64,000 nucleotides of DNA from Anthoceros angustus (Eukaryota > Plantae > Anthocerotophyta). A program made the translations under genes and the position numbers. The number at the start of each line of letters is the position of its first letter. Positions within the stretch are counted from its first letter, which is position 1. A model generated the notes under the pieces. That model saw only the letters and a list, made by a program, of their open reading frames with translations, did no database searches and was not told the origin of the DNA. The stretch covers positions 62,001-126,000 of the forward strand of contig MU008228.1 in assembly GCA_010909165.1 (NCBI GenBank), in the 5' to 3' direction. Of this stretch, positions 1-12,295 are shown one piece after another.

Positions 1-140
1 TCATGAACTCGTCACCCCACCACCAGATCCTTCATGGCTGTACACAGTTTTAGCACAGGGTGAAACAGAGACTGAGAAACAACAGAGTCTCTCTGACTCC
101 CTATGATGAGGTGAGCGGGAGCTTCTGGCATAAGCCCATC
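1..140 (-). pseudogene. 5' fragment of a PPR-DYW:KP family paralog with the PDF region deleted; runs off the window edge
   Basis: Reads PEAPAHLIIGSQ fused directly to DSVVSQSLFHPVLKLCTAMKDLVVG*RVH. Paralogs have well over 100 aa (PDF module plus linker) between these motifs. In-frame stop at 12-14. Confidence 0.75.
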
Positions 141-255
141 GATGATGGGCCCCACTACTTCTGGAGGAATAAGCCTACAAAGCACATGCACCCCGACAAG
201 AAAATGCAATATTCTCTGGGGTATACACTTAGCCCTGGGTAGTCCACCATTATTC

Positions 256-3200
256 TCACGGTCGACCTTTACAACTGCAACAACCAGCTGCGAATCGATG
301 CACACGGTACCCGTCCCTTACCACAATGTCTCTATTTTCAAGCCTTGACATGATTTCCGTGGAACTGTGGCAGTCGCTGCACATGCGTAGATTCTTCGTT
401 ACCACGAGAGTTGTCCCACTCGGAGTGTTCAAGAGACCAAACGCAAGAGCTAGCTTCTCAGCATGCCCACAAAGCGCATCTTCCTTTTCCTTCTCAGAAA
501 GTGGCTTCAACACCAATTTTGTGAGAGGTACGTGGCCTCCTTCCTGTTTCACACGAGCATTGGTGGCCTCTACCTTCAGCGCAAGATCTTCTCTCCTTTC
601 TCCCACCAGAAATGTATGTACCTGCTTATTCACCTCGATGGTCGCCACAGCAGGTTTCTTGTTAGCTCCTGCTACCCTTCTCCGTGTTTCAATCCTGTCT
701 ACATCGCTCCACCTCCCTGCATCTGCATACGCATTCGCCATGAGCACATATGCAGGCGCATCCTGGGGGTCCAGCGTAACAATGCTTTCAAAACACCAAA
801 TCGCCCTGTCTAAATCACCGTGACTTTTGCAGGCATTCAACAAAGACCTCAACCCCACAACACTCTTTTGGCCCTCTAATGACAACAGCATCTTCTCAGC
901 CTCATCTAAATGGCCCGCACGCCCAAGAAGATCAATCATGCAGGTGTAATGTTCGATAGTAGGTTTGATGCCATGCTCTTCAGCCATGGAATCAAAGTGC
1001 TTGCAACCCTCGTGGACTAGTCCTTCATGGCTGCATGCTGCTAGAAGGCAAGTAAAAGTAGCACCGTCAGGCTGAACGCCGGCCACTAACATCTCCTCAA
1101 AACAAGCTAGTGCTTTCTCACCATCATCACAAGTACCATACCCAGCTATTAGGGCATTCCATGTCACCACATCCTTCGTGGCCAAGCTTTCGAAAACTCG
1201 GCGAGCATCTCTCAGTGCACCACATTTTGCATACATGTCCACCAAGCAGGTGCCCACCAGTATGTCATCCAGCAGTCTCTTTTCGACAATCTGAGAGTGC
1301 AGCTGCCTGCCCTTCTGTAAGGCACCAGTGCTTCCACACGCCTTCAGAAGGCAAGCAAAAGTAACATGGTTCGCTACTATCAGACCCTCCTGCTCCATTT
1401 GTCCATACAAAACAAGCGCCTCATGGCCAAGTCCTTGCTGTGCATACCCAGCAATCAGCGCTGTCCATGTCACCACATCCTTTGTGGCCATGCTGTCAAA
1501 AACCTGGCGTGCATCTTCCAGTTCACCACATTTTGCATACATGTCCACCAGGCAGGTGCCCACCACTACGTCATCCAACAGTCCTCTTTCAACAATCTGT
1601 GAGTGCAGCTGCCTGCCCTTCTGTAAGGCGCCAGTGCTTGCACAGGCCTTCAATAGGCAACCAAAAGTAACATGATCAGCCAAAATGAGGCCCTCCTGCT
1701 CCATTTGTCCATACAGAACAAGCGCCTCATGACCGAGCTCTTCCTGGGCATACCCAGCTATCAGGGCATTCCACGTGACCACATTCTTTGTCTTCATGCT
1801 GTCAAATACCTGGCGTGCATCTTCCAGTTCACCACATTTCGCATACCCAGCAACCAGCACCGTCCATGTCACCACATCCTTCGTGGCCATGCTATCAAAA
1901 ACCTGGCGTGCACTGGTCATTTCGCCACATTTTGCATACATGTCCACCAGGTGTAACAAACAAGTTAGTGTGCCTCTGCACCACATCACAGTGCACTTTC
2001 CTGCCAGATTTCAAGTCCGCGGCAAATGCACAAGCTTGAAGGGCAGCTACAAAGACGTGAGCATCCGCCGTTACTCCTGACCTACGCATCTCATGGTATA
2101 GTTGTACGGCCTCATCAGGTCTCCCATGCTTAGCGTATGCGGAGATTATGGAAGACCACATGAAGGCATCCGGTTTCCCCACTCTGGTGAGCACATCCAT
2201 GGCCTCCTTTAGCCTACCTCCACATGCATACATGCGCAAAATATGGTTCCCTAAGTATGGATTCGACTCGTACCCAAGTTTGACAGTGAGATCATGAACT
2301 CGTCGCCCCACAACTAAATCCTTCTTAGCTATACACAGTTTCAGCACATTGTAAAACAGAGACTGGGAAATGGCAGAGTCTGTCTGCACCAGAGATTCCA
2401 GGGCTCCGACGGCCTCAGAAAGCTTCCCCTGCTGACATAACGTGCTCACGGTTGCACCCGTCACGACGCCCATTCCAGATCCTTCACGCCTGCCACGGTC
2501 AGGCTTATCTTGAGAGCTCGAATTGGGAGGAGAGGCACCATGAGCCATCTGCATATCCAAGGAAAGCAGTCGCTCATCAACCCAAGCTGGCTTAAACAAG
2601 TTGTCTAACCTCAGGACCTCGCCGGACCCCTTACGCCGGAAGTGAGGCGAACGGGAGCTCTTCGTACCTCGTCTGTTGTCCCACCACACGGTAGGGTCCA
2701 GAAAAAATTGTTGCCACAAGCGCTCCTGCTCCTGGTGACGACCATCGCTGGATAACTCATACCCACCCACAAATTTTCTCGGAAGGGGAAGTGCTGGGCT
2801 GCTGCCCACGGAGCTCATTCCCAATCCTTCACGCCTGCCAGGTTCAGGCTTATCTGGCGAGCTCCTCGAGGAAGGAGAGGGAGCAATACCTATCTGCAAA
2901 TCCATTGAGAGCAGCTGCACATGAACCCAAGCTGGCTTCATCATGTTGTTTAACCACAGGACCTCGCCGGACCCCTTGCGCCGGAAATCTGGCAAACGGG
3001 AGCTCTTCTTATCTCGTCTGTTGTCCCACCACATGGTAGGCTCCAGAGAAAACTGTTGCCATAAGTGCTCCTGCTCCTGGCAACGACAATCGCTGGAAAA
3101 CCCGTCCCCAACCACACTTTTTCTCGGAAGTGGAAGTGCTGGGCGGCGTACACTGCTGGACCTGGAGGCTTCGTGGTTCGCGAAGGGGTGACTCCCTAAG

Positions 3201-3300
3201 ATGAGGTGAGCTGAGCGTGAGCTCCTGGTAGAATCCCTGTAGACACATTAGACGCGATTTGTCGGGTCCCCAACGGGTCCGGTTGCCATACCGTGGCCAT
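256..3300 (-). CDS. G1: two PDF motifs + PLS-PPR + E1/E2 + DYW:KP (GRP-type), putative U-to-C RNA editing factor; two frameshifts (~3210, ~1950)
   Basis: ATG at 3300 (MATVWQPDP). ORF 1895..3115 holds two PDF modules and the first PPRs. ORF 256..1989 holds P/L/S repeats, E1, E2, KPAVATIEV, HAEKLALAFGLL, KNLRMCSDCH and HRF..GCCSCKGRP*. Confidence 0.88.
2555..3063 (-). other. Two tandem OSB-type PDF motifs within G1 (~2900-3063 and ~2555-2720)
   Basis: LWQQFSLEPTMWWDNRRDKKSSRLPDFRRKGSGEVLWL..KPAWV and LWQQFFLDPTVWWDNRRGTKSSRSPHFRRKGSGEVLRL..KPAWV, compared with the OSB PDF pattern as I recall it: LWQ.FF.NP..WWDNR..K.NP..PDFKHK.TGEALWL...P.W. Confidence 0.85.
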
Positions 3301-3813
3301 CGTTCGGGGACCGCTGTCGGAAGATGAGTCTAACCACAGATTACGCCAGGATGCCCAGGTACTGTGACTGGGCACACCTTGCGAGCTTGCTCCAATGCTG
3401 CGGCTAACCAATGTACATATAGTTTCCATGGCGGATGTGCGGATTTTGCAGTCCCGAAGTTGGTGGTGTTTGTGGATGCCCCAGGACGGAACAGGATGAC
3501 AGAGCAGAGTGCTGGAGAAAATTTCTCCGGAGGTAACTTGGGCAGCGAGGAGGATGGGGGTGGGGACGAGAAAATAAGGAGGTGGGGGTACACTCCGTCC
3601 GAATTGGGAAAAGAGTGAGGGGCACCGTGCACGGCAATGCCTGCCAACTTCTCCGATGCCCATGTGGCAATTTCTATGTTCTAATACTTCATGTTAAGAC
3701 GAGAAGTGCAAAGATCAGTGTTAGGCATCCATGTCCATGTCTCAGTTTGGACAGGAATGGAGTTAAGCCAGCAGATTCACCCCCAATGAACACTGGCTAC
3801 TTCCTCATTTTTC

Positions 3814-6163
3814 TCACGGTCGGCCTTCACAGCTGCAACAACCATTTGCAAATCGATGCACACGGTACCCATCCCTCACAACTATGTCTCTCTGTTCAAG
3901 CCTAGACATGATCTCCGTGGAACTGTGGCAGTCGCTGCACATGCGAAGATTCTTCGTTACCACGAGAGGTGTCCCACTTGGGGTGTTCAAGAGACCAAAC
4001 GCCAGAGCTAGTTTCTCAGCATGCCCACAAAGCGCATCTTCCTTTTCCTTCTCACACACTGGCTTCAACACCAACTTTGTGTGAGGTACGGCCTCCTTCC
4101 TGCTTCAGACGTGCATTCGTGCTCTCTACCTTGCGCAATATCCTCTCCTTTCTCCCACCAGAAATCTATGTACCTCCTTATTCACCTCAATAGTCACCAC
4201 TGCAGGTTTCTTGTTAGCTCCTGCTGCCATCCTCAGTGTTTCAATCCCATCTACATCAGCCCACCTACCTGCATCTGCGTAGGCATTGGCCATGAGCACA
4301 TACGCAGACGCCTGCTGAGGGTCCAGTTTAACAATGCTTTCAAAACACCACTTCGCCCCCTCTATGTCCCCGTGACTCTTGCAGGCATTCAACAAAGACG
4401 TCAATCCCACAACATCAGTCTGGCCCTCGCATGATAACAACATGTTCTTTGCTTCATCTAAATGACCAGCACGCCCAAGAAGATCAATCATGCAGGTGTA
4501 ATGCTCAACAGAAGGTTTGATGCCATGCTGTTCAGCCATGGAATCAAGGTGCTTGCGACCCTCGTGGACCAGTCCCTCATGACTGCATGCTACTAAAAGG
4601 CAAGTAAAAGTAGCATCATTAGGCTGAATACCAGCAACTAACATCTCCTCAAAACAAGCTAGTGCCTTGTGACCTTCATCACAACCATACCCAATCAGGA
4701 TTCCATGTCACCACATCCTTTGTGTTGCTGTCAAAACCTGGCGTGCATCTTCCAGTTCACATTTTGCATACATGTCCACCAGGCAGTTGCCCCCATACGT
4801 CATCCAGCAGTCCTCTCTCGACAATCTGTGAGTGCAGCTGCCTGCCCTTCTGTAAGGCACCAGTGCTTGCACATGCCTTCAGAAGGCAAGCAAAAGTAAT
4901 GGTTAGCCAAAATGAGGCCTCCTGCTCCATTTGTCCATACAAACAAGCGCCTCATGTCCGAGCCTTGCTGCATACCCAGCTATCAGGGCATTCCATGTCA
5001 CCACATTCTTTGTCCATGCTGTCAAAACTGGCGTGCATCTTTCAGTTCACCACATTTTGCATACCCAGCAATCAGCATTCCATGTCACCACATCCTTTGT
5101 GGCCATGCTGTCAAAACCTGGCGTGCATCTTTGCCACATTTTGCATACATGTCCACCAGGCAGTTGCCAACAAACAAGTTAGTAGCAATGCCACTGCACA
5201 CATCACAGTGCACTTTTCTGCCAGATTCCAAGTCGCAGCAAATGCACAAGCTTGAAGGACAGCTACAAAGATGTGGGCATCCGCCTTCACTCCGGACCCA
5301 AGCATCTCGTGGTACAGTTGCACTGCCTCATTAGGTTTCCCATGTTTAGCATGGGCAGAGATGATGGAAGACCACGTGAAAACATCTGGTTTGTCTGCCC
5401 TGGTGAACACATCCATGGCCTCCTCTAGCCTGCCCCCACATGCATACATGCGCAAGATATGGTTCCCCACGTATGGAATCGACTCGTACCCAAGTTTGAC
5501 ACTGAGATTGTGAACTCGTCGCCCCACAACCAAATCCTTCTTGGCTGTACAGAGTTTTAGCACAGTGCAAAACATAGACAGAGAAATAGCAGAGTCTGTC
5601 TGCGCCAGGGATTCCAGGGATCCAACAGCCTCAGAAAGCCTCCCCTGCTGACATAACGTCCTCACGGTAACAGCCGTTACGACGCTCGTTTCCGATCCTG
5701 CACGCCTGCCAGCTTTAGGCTCATCCGGGGAGCTGGACTCGGAACGAGAGGCACGGTGGCCCATCTGTATATCCAAGGAAACCAGTTGCTCATCAACCCA
5801 AGCTGGTTTAAACATGTTGTTCAACCACAGGACCTCACCGGACCCTTTGCGCCGGAAGTCAGGCCAGTGCGAGCTCTTCTTCTCTCGTCTGTTGTCCCAC
5901 CACAGGGTAGGGTCCAGAAAAAATTGTTGCCACAAGTGCTCCTGCTCCTGGCATCGACCATCGCTGGAAAGCCAGGCCCTACCCACACACTTTCTCGGAA
6001 GTAGAAGTGCTGGACTCCATACACTGCTGCACCTGGAGGCTTTGTTTGCCAGGGGTTGACACCCTAACATGTGGTGAGCGGGAGCTTCTGGTAGAATCCC
6101 CGTACACACATTAGTTGAAATTTGTTGGGTACACAGCGGGTCCGGTTGCCATACTGCTGCCAT
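3814..6163 (-). CDS. G2: PDF + short PLS-PPR + E1/E2 + DYW:KP (ends EGRP); multiple small frameshifts
   Basis: ORFs 5111..6163 (MAAVWQPDP, PDF, first PPRs), 4126..4644 (P2/L2/S2/E1/E2/KP) and 3814..4074 (HAEKLA...CSDCH...EGRP). Confidence 0.82.
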
Positions 6164-6680
6164 CGTTCAGGTACCACTGTTGGAAGATGAGTCTACCAAC
6201 ACAAACTATGCCAGGATGCCCAGTTACTGCAGGATGCCCAGTTACTGTGCCTGACCACACCATACGAGCTGGCTCCGCTGCCGCAGCCTAAACCACATTA
6301 GTAAAGGTACCCGGAATCGCTGGAGGTCCTCGCCTGATCAGCAAGGCCGCCTTCTTGATCCTGACTCTGAGGGTTTTGCATATTCTAAAGCGATTGAGCT
6401 GTTCTTCTCATTCTCTTGTGGCACACTTCGTAGTAATCTTTCTGTTCATGTTTTGTAAAAGAATTTGTGGACCACTGAATTGTGTAGACCAAGGAAGGGC
6501 GCGCAGGACTCCCTCGTGCGTGCGAGTTCATCAGTGCCACACATTATCAATAGACTCGACTTGATAGACTCGACTTGATAAGTACATATGTAGTTTGGTC
6601 CCTTCAGACTTGACCACGTCAAGTCTGAAGGGCCTTTCACAATGCAAACGACACCGAGGCCGGGACTGCGCACTTGGTTT

Positions 6681-7826
6681 TGGACTTTCCTAAGTAATAA
6701 TTTAGGGCGGATTCGCATGAACCCGCTTCCAGCTCTGTTCCGTAAGTTTTTTAACGTGGCGGGGCGTCCGCATGTAAAGTGGCAAACCGAACCCGGAACT
6801 TTTCGCAGCAGGTCTCCGGTGCCTTCACATATGGGACTGAAGACATAAGCTGGTATTCTTGGCCGGTGCTCCATTACTTCGAAATGGAGAGAGTATGCTA
6901 CCATTGCTTGGAGGTCTTCTTGATTCCTTTAATGTCATTGCTTTGAGGCCTCATCGCTGTTATTGCAGGCGATGGTCGACAAATGGTTCTTCTCCACTTG
7001 ATGTAGATGCCCAATTCGAAGAATTAGAGACCGTCAACAAATGGTTCTTCTCCGTTGATGTAGATGGCCAATTCGAAGAATTAGAGACTGTGTTGTACTC
7101 TTTACAGTGTGATATCACAATGCTTCTAGCTCACTTATAGCGTATATTAGGAATCTCTCACCGATTCATGGGTGCAGTACGGTGAGTATTACATTATGCC
7201 GAGAATGGATGGGCTTTTTTCCTAACGGACTGCTGCTGTCTTGGTCCTTTTTCCTCGGTGCCACCTGCTTGGTGTCGATCAAAATCTTCACGTTTTGCAG
7301 CTTGCAAGATACAGAGTTCCGGCTCTGTCCAGTTCACTCTCTTCTTGAGAAGAGCTTGACCTCTAATGGCAGAAATCTGTGGGGCAGTACACGGCATATG
7401 AGAAGGCACCACAGACAATGCCTTTGATGACCAGTCCGGTAACGTTGTGGAGGAAGAAGCAAATCCTTGTGGTCGCTCCATCTTCCACTCCTAGGTTATC
7501 AAGAAGAATTGGTGAAAGTCATGAGCTCCTCTCAAAATCACGAGACTCGCGAGACAGGAGCTCCTCGCGAGATGTGAATTTGCAGATTTCAGTGTTGAAG
7601 ACCCCAAATGAACACCGGCTATACCCGGCTGCACCGATGCAGCTCGTCGTAGCTTCTTTCCGGAGCCGAACCGATTACAACCACTTAAAAAACACTTAAA
7701 AAAAGCTCCCGTAAACATAGGACAAGCGATTGTACATGGCGGGCCCTTTTCCGCCAAAATGTCATTGCGGACGCGGAGGTGCCCACATGCGAATCCGCCC
7801 TAAGTTATTAACTTGGGTAAAATCCA
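6681..7826. mobile_element. Putative ~1.1-kb non-autonomous TIR element (MITE/Harbinger-like)
   Basis: TAGGGCGGATTCGCATG (6703-6719) is the exact reverse complement of 7786-7802. Imperfect pairing extends to about 6681/7826. No recognisable coding capacity and no clean TSD. Confidence 0.4.
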
Positions 7827-7871
7827 CCCTAAGTTATTAATTTGGGTAGAACTTGGGTAGAACTTGGGTAG

Positions 7872-8283
7872 GAGTCGACTGCATACTTGGGGAACCATAT
7901 TGCATGTATGAATGTGGAGGTACGCAAACCGGATGCCTTTGTGGTCTTCCATCATCTCCGGCCATGCTAAGCATGGGAAACCTAATGAAATGCGGAGGTC
8001 AGGAGTGAAGCCGGATGCTCATGTACCTCACACAAAGTTGGTGTTGAAGCCTGTGTGTGAGAAGGAAAGATGTGTTGAGAAACTAGCTCTGGCGTTTGGT
8101 CTCTTGAACACTCCGAGAGGGATATCTCTGGTAATAACGAAGAATCTACGCATGAGCAGTGACTGCCACAGTTCCACGACATCATGTCAAGGCTTGAACA
8201 GAGAGAGACATTGTTGTGAGGGATGGGTACCGTGTGAGCATCGATTCGTAAATGGTTGTTGCAGTTGTACGGATGGACCCTGA
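7872..8283 (+). pseudogene. Internally deleted PPR-DYW:KP relic
   Basis: First PPRs (WSSIISGHAKHGKPNE..GVKPDAHV) are joined directly to the DYW segment (PHTKLVLKPVCEKE). HAE is lost, CSDC is mutated to SSDC, and the relic ends ...CTDGP*. Confidence 0.85.
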
Positions 8284-8805
8284 GAAAAATGAAGTAGGTA
8301 GTACCGTAGTAGCCTGCGCTCATTGGGGGGTGAATATGTGCTTGCTTAACTCCATTCCTGTCCAACCTGAGACATGGATACGGATGGCAAACACTGATCC
8401 TGGAACCTCTCATCGTAACACAGAGAATCAGAAGGTGCCACATGGGCATCGGGGAACCTGGCAGAGATGATGGGCATCGGTCGCTATGACCGTTCACAGT
8501 GCCCCGGCCGTCGCCTTTTTTTTTTTTTGTTAAATCAATCTTTTCTCTGTTGGGACAGGTGTATCACCACCTCCTTATTTGCCCGTCTCCAAGTGCCCCA
8601 CCTCCGTCCTCCTCGTTGCCCCCGTTATGTCCTGACAGATTTTCACCAGCTTGCGAAGTCCGCACAGCGGCCAAGGAAACTACACAGTATGTTGCTTATT
8701 AGGCTGCGGCATTGGAGCCAGCTCGTATGCTGTGGTCAGGCACTGTACCTGGGTATCCTTGATAGTCTGTTGTTAGATTCACCTTCCGACGCCGGTCCCT
8801 GAACG

Positions 8806-11580
8806 ATGGCCACAGTATGGCAACCGGACCCGTTCTGGACCCAACGAATTGGTGTCTGTGCAGGGAGTCTACCAGGAGCTCCCGCACACGTCATCTTAGG
8901 GAGTCAAAGTCTGGCAACCAAAGACTCCAGGTGCTGCAGTGTAAGGAGCTCAGCACTTCCACTTCAGAGAAAGTGGATGGGTGGGGACGGGTTTTCCAGC
9001 GATGCCGGTCGTTGCCAGGAGCAGGAGCACTTGTGGCAACAATTTTTTCTGGAGCCTACCATGTGGTGTGACAACAGACGTCATAAGAAGAGCTCCCGTT
9101 CGCCTGACTTCCGGCGTAAGGGGTCTGGGGAGGTCCTGTGGTTAAACAACATGTTTAAGCCAGCTTGGGTTGATGAACAGCTCGTTTCCTTGGATTTGCA
9201 GATGGGTCATGGTGCCTCCTTCCAAGTCCAGCTTCCGGATACGCCTAAACCTGGGATGCGTGCAGGATCGGAAATGGGCGTCGTTACTGCTGTTACCGTG
9301 AGCACGTTATGTCAGCAGGGGAAGCTCTCTGAGGCCGTTGGAGCCCTGGAATCTTTGGCACAGAAAGCCTCTGCTGTCTCTCAGTCTCTGTTTTACACTG
9401 TGCTAAAACTGTGTACAGCTAAGAAGGATTTGGTTTTGGGGCGACGAGTACATGACCTCAGTGTCCAACTTGGGTACGAGTCGAATCCATACTTGGGGAA
9501 CCATATCTTGCGCATGTATGCATGTGGAGGTAGGCTAGAGGAGGCCATGGATGTGTTCAACAGGGTACGCAAACCGGATGCCTTCATGTGGTCTTCCATA
9601 ATCTCCGCACACGCTAAGCATGGGAAACCTAATGAGGCCGTACAACTGTACCATGAGATGCGTAGGTCAGGAGTGAAGGCGGATGCTCACGTCTTTGTAG
9701 CTGCCCTTCAAGCTTGTGCATTTGCCGCCGACTTGGAATCTGGCAGAAAAGTGCACTGTGATGTGGTGCAGTGGCATTCCACTAACTTGTTTGTTGGCAA
9801 CTGCCTGGTGGACATGTATGCAAAATGTGGTGAACTGAAGATGCACGCCTGGTTTTTGACAGCATGCCACAAGGATGTGGTGACATGGACGGTGCTGATT
9901 GCTGGGTATGCAAAATGTGGCAACTGAAAGATGCACGCCAGGTGTTTTGACAGCATGAAGACAAAGATGTGGTGACATGGAATGCCCTGATAGCTGGGTA
10001 TGCAAAATGTGGTGGACTGAAAGATGCACGCCAGGTCTTTGACAGCATGAACACAAAGAATGTGGCCACATGGAATGCCCTTATAGCTGGGTATGCCCAG
10101 CACGGGCTCGGACATGAGGCACTTGTTCTGTATGGACAGATGGAGCAGGAGGGCTCTATTTTGGCTGACCATGTTACTTTTGCTTGCCTTCTGAAGGCCT
10201 GTGCAAGCACTGGCGCCTTACAGAAGGGCAGGCAGCTGCATTCACAGATCGTCGAAGAGGACTGCTGGATGACGTAGTGGTGGGCACCTGCCTGGTGGAC
10301 ATGTATGCAAAATGTGGTGAACTGGAAGATGCACGCCAGGTTTTTGACAGCATGGCCACAAAGGATGTGGTGACATGGAATGCCCTGATTGCTGGGTATG
10401 CACAGCAAGGACTCGGCCAAGAGGCGCTTGTTGTGTATGGACAAATGGAGGGGCGGGCCTCATTTTGGCTGACCATGTTACTTTTGCTTGCCTTCTGAAG
10501 GCCTGTGGAAGCACTGGTGCCTTACAGAAGGGCAGGCAGCTGCACTCACAGATTGTCGAAGAGGACTGCTGGATAACGTGGTGGGCAACTGCCTGGTGGA
10601 CATGTATGCAAAATGTGGTGAACTGGGAGATGCCCGCCAGGTTTTTGACAGCATGGCCACAAAGGATGTGGTCACATGGACTGCTCTGATAGCGGGGTAT
10701 GGTGCTTGTGATGAAGGTCACAAGGCACTAGCTTGTTTTGAGGAGATGTTAGTTGCCGGTATTCAGCCTGATGATGCTACTTTTACTTGCCTTTTAGTAG
10801 CATGCAGTCATGAGGACTGGTCCACGAGGTCGCAAGCACTTTGATTCCATGGCTGAACAGCATGGCATCAAACCTACTATTGAGCATTTCACCTGTATGA
10901 TTGATCTTCTTGGGCGTGCTGGCTATTTGGATGAAGCAGAGAAGATGCTGTTATCATGTGAGGGCCAAAGTAATGTTGTGGGCTTGACGTCTTTGTTGAA
11001 TGCCTGCAGAAGGCACGGGGATATAGAGAGGGCGGTGTGGTGTTTTGAAAGCATTGTCAGGCTGGAGCCTCAAAGGGCTTCTGCTTATGTGCTGATGGCC
11101 AATGCCTACGCAGATGCAGGTAGGTGGACCGATGTAGACAGGATTGAAACACAGAGAAGAGCAGCAGGAGCAAGCAAGAAACCTGCAATGGCAAGCATTG
11201 AGGTGAATAAGGAAATACACAGTTTTGTGGTGGGCGAAAGGAGGAAGGATATCGCGCATAAGGTAGAGAGCACAAATTCTCGTCTGAAGCAGGAAGGAGG
11301 CCACGTACCTCACACAAGGTTGGTGTTGAAGCCAGTGTGCGAGAAAGAAAAGGAAGATGCGCTTTGTGGGCATGCGGAGAAACTAGCTCTGGCGTTTGGT
11401 CTCTTGAACACTCCGAGTGGGACACCTCTGGTGGTAACAAAGAATCTACGCATGTGCAGTGACTGCCACAGTTCCACGGAGATCATGTCAAGGCTTGAAC
11501 AGAGAGACATTGTTGTAAGGGATGGGTACCGTGTGCATCGATTCGCAGCTGGTTGTTGCAGCTGTAAGGGTCGACCGTGA
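8806..11580 (+). CDS. G4: PDF + PLS-PPR (two SS-type repeats) + E1/E2 + DYW:KP (KGRP); small frameshifts in the array
   Basis: ORF 8806..9927 (MATVWQPDP, PDF, PPRs), successive PPR ORF pieces 9969-10844, and ORF 10810..11580 (S2/E1/E2, KPAMASIEV, HAEKLA, CSDCH, KGRP*). Confidence 0.85.
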
Positions 11581-12146
11581 GAATATTGAAGAACGGAGCC
11601 AGTGCTCAAGTGTGTACGTACTCCAGAAAATATTGCTTTCTCTCTTGGGGCGAATGCGCGATGTGGTTGGGCGAGCTGTCCTGCCAGGGATGGGCAGCTG
11701 TTTGAGATGAGGGGTCGAGGTCGCAGGCTTGGGAATTGGCTCAGATCCGGTGGAATCGTGGAATCGGGGGTGGTTTGGAGCCGAACCGTTCGTGCCACCA
11801 CTATCCCCACGACACGGCAACGCTTTCAGACCAGTGCATTGAAGAGGCTTCATATATTATATTCCATGGAGCAGAGTTGCAGGCAGGCAGCATGTTGCGC
11901 ATCTTTGTGATTATCACTATGCAGGAGTCGGCAGGCTTCTCTTGGGTGGGACATACGCAAATGTTGAGTCATTCCTGCGTTCTGAATCGGTCATACTTCT
12001 GCCACTGCCCAGATGGATAACCTGATGCCCCTACCTCAAGCATGGCATGGTCAGCACCAAGAGCTTTTTGTTGCGCGCTTCTCTTTTTCAAGTTTCCCAA
12101 GTATCGAGTGGAGGGGCAGCGCGGCATAGTGGTGTCTATATAGTTG

Positions 12147-12295
12147 TCGACAAAGCAAGAATCGCCAAAGCAAGAATCGACAAAGCAAGAAGTGCCAAAG
12201 AAGCAAGAACCGACAAAGCAAGAATCGCCGAAGAAGCATCGACAAAGCAGGAATCGCCGAAGAAGCATGACAAAGCAAGAATCGACAAACAAGCA
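12147..12295. repeat. Degenerate ~15-bp tandem repeat (CGACAAAGCAAGAAT)
   Basis: About 10 variant units visible; explains the spurious repetitive ORFs here. Confidence 0.8.

Noticed and set aside
1895-2000. Programmed frameshifting or introns explaining the split PPR ORFs
   Set aside because: Breaks are short deletions at inconsistent positions among paralogs, without splice signals or shared slippery sites.
6213-7090. Small tandem duplications (18, 14 and ~57 bp)
   Set aside because: These are ordinary slippage duplications with no further structure.
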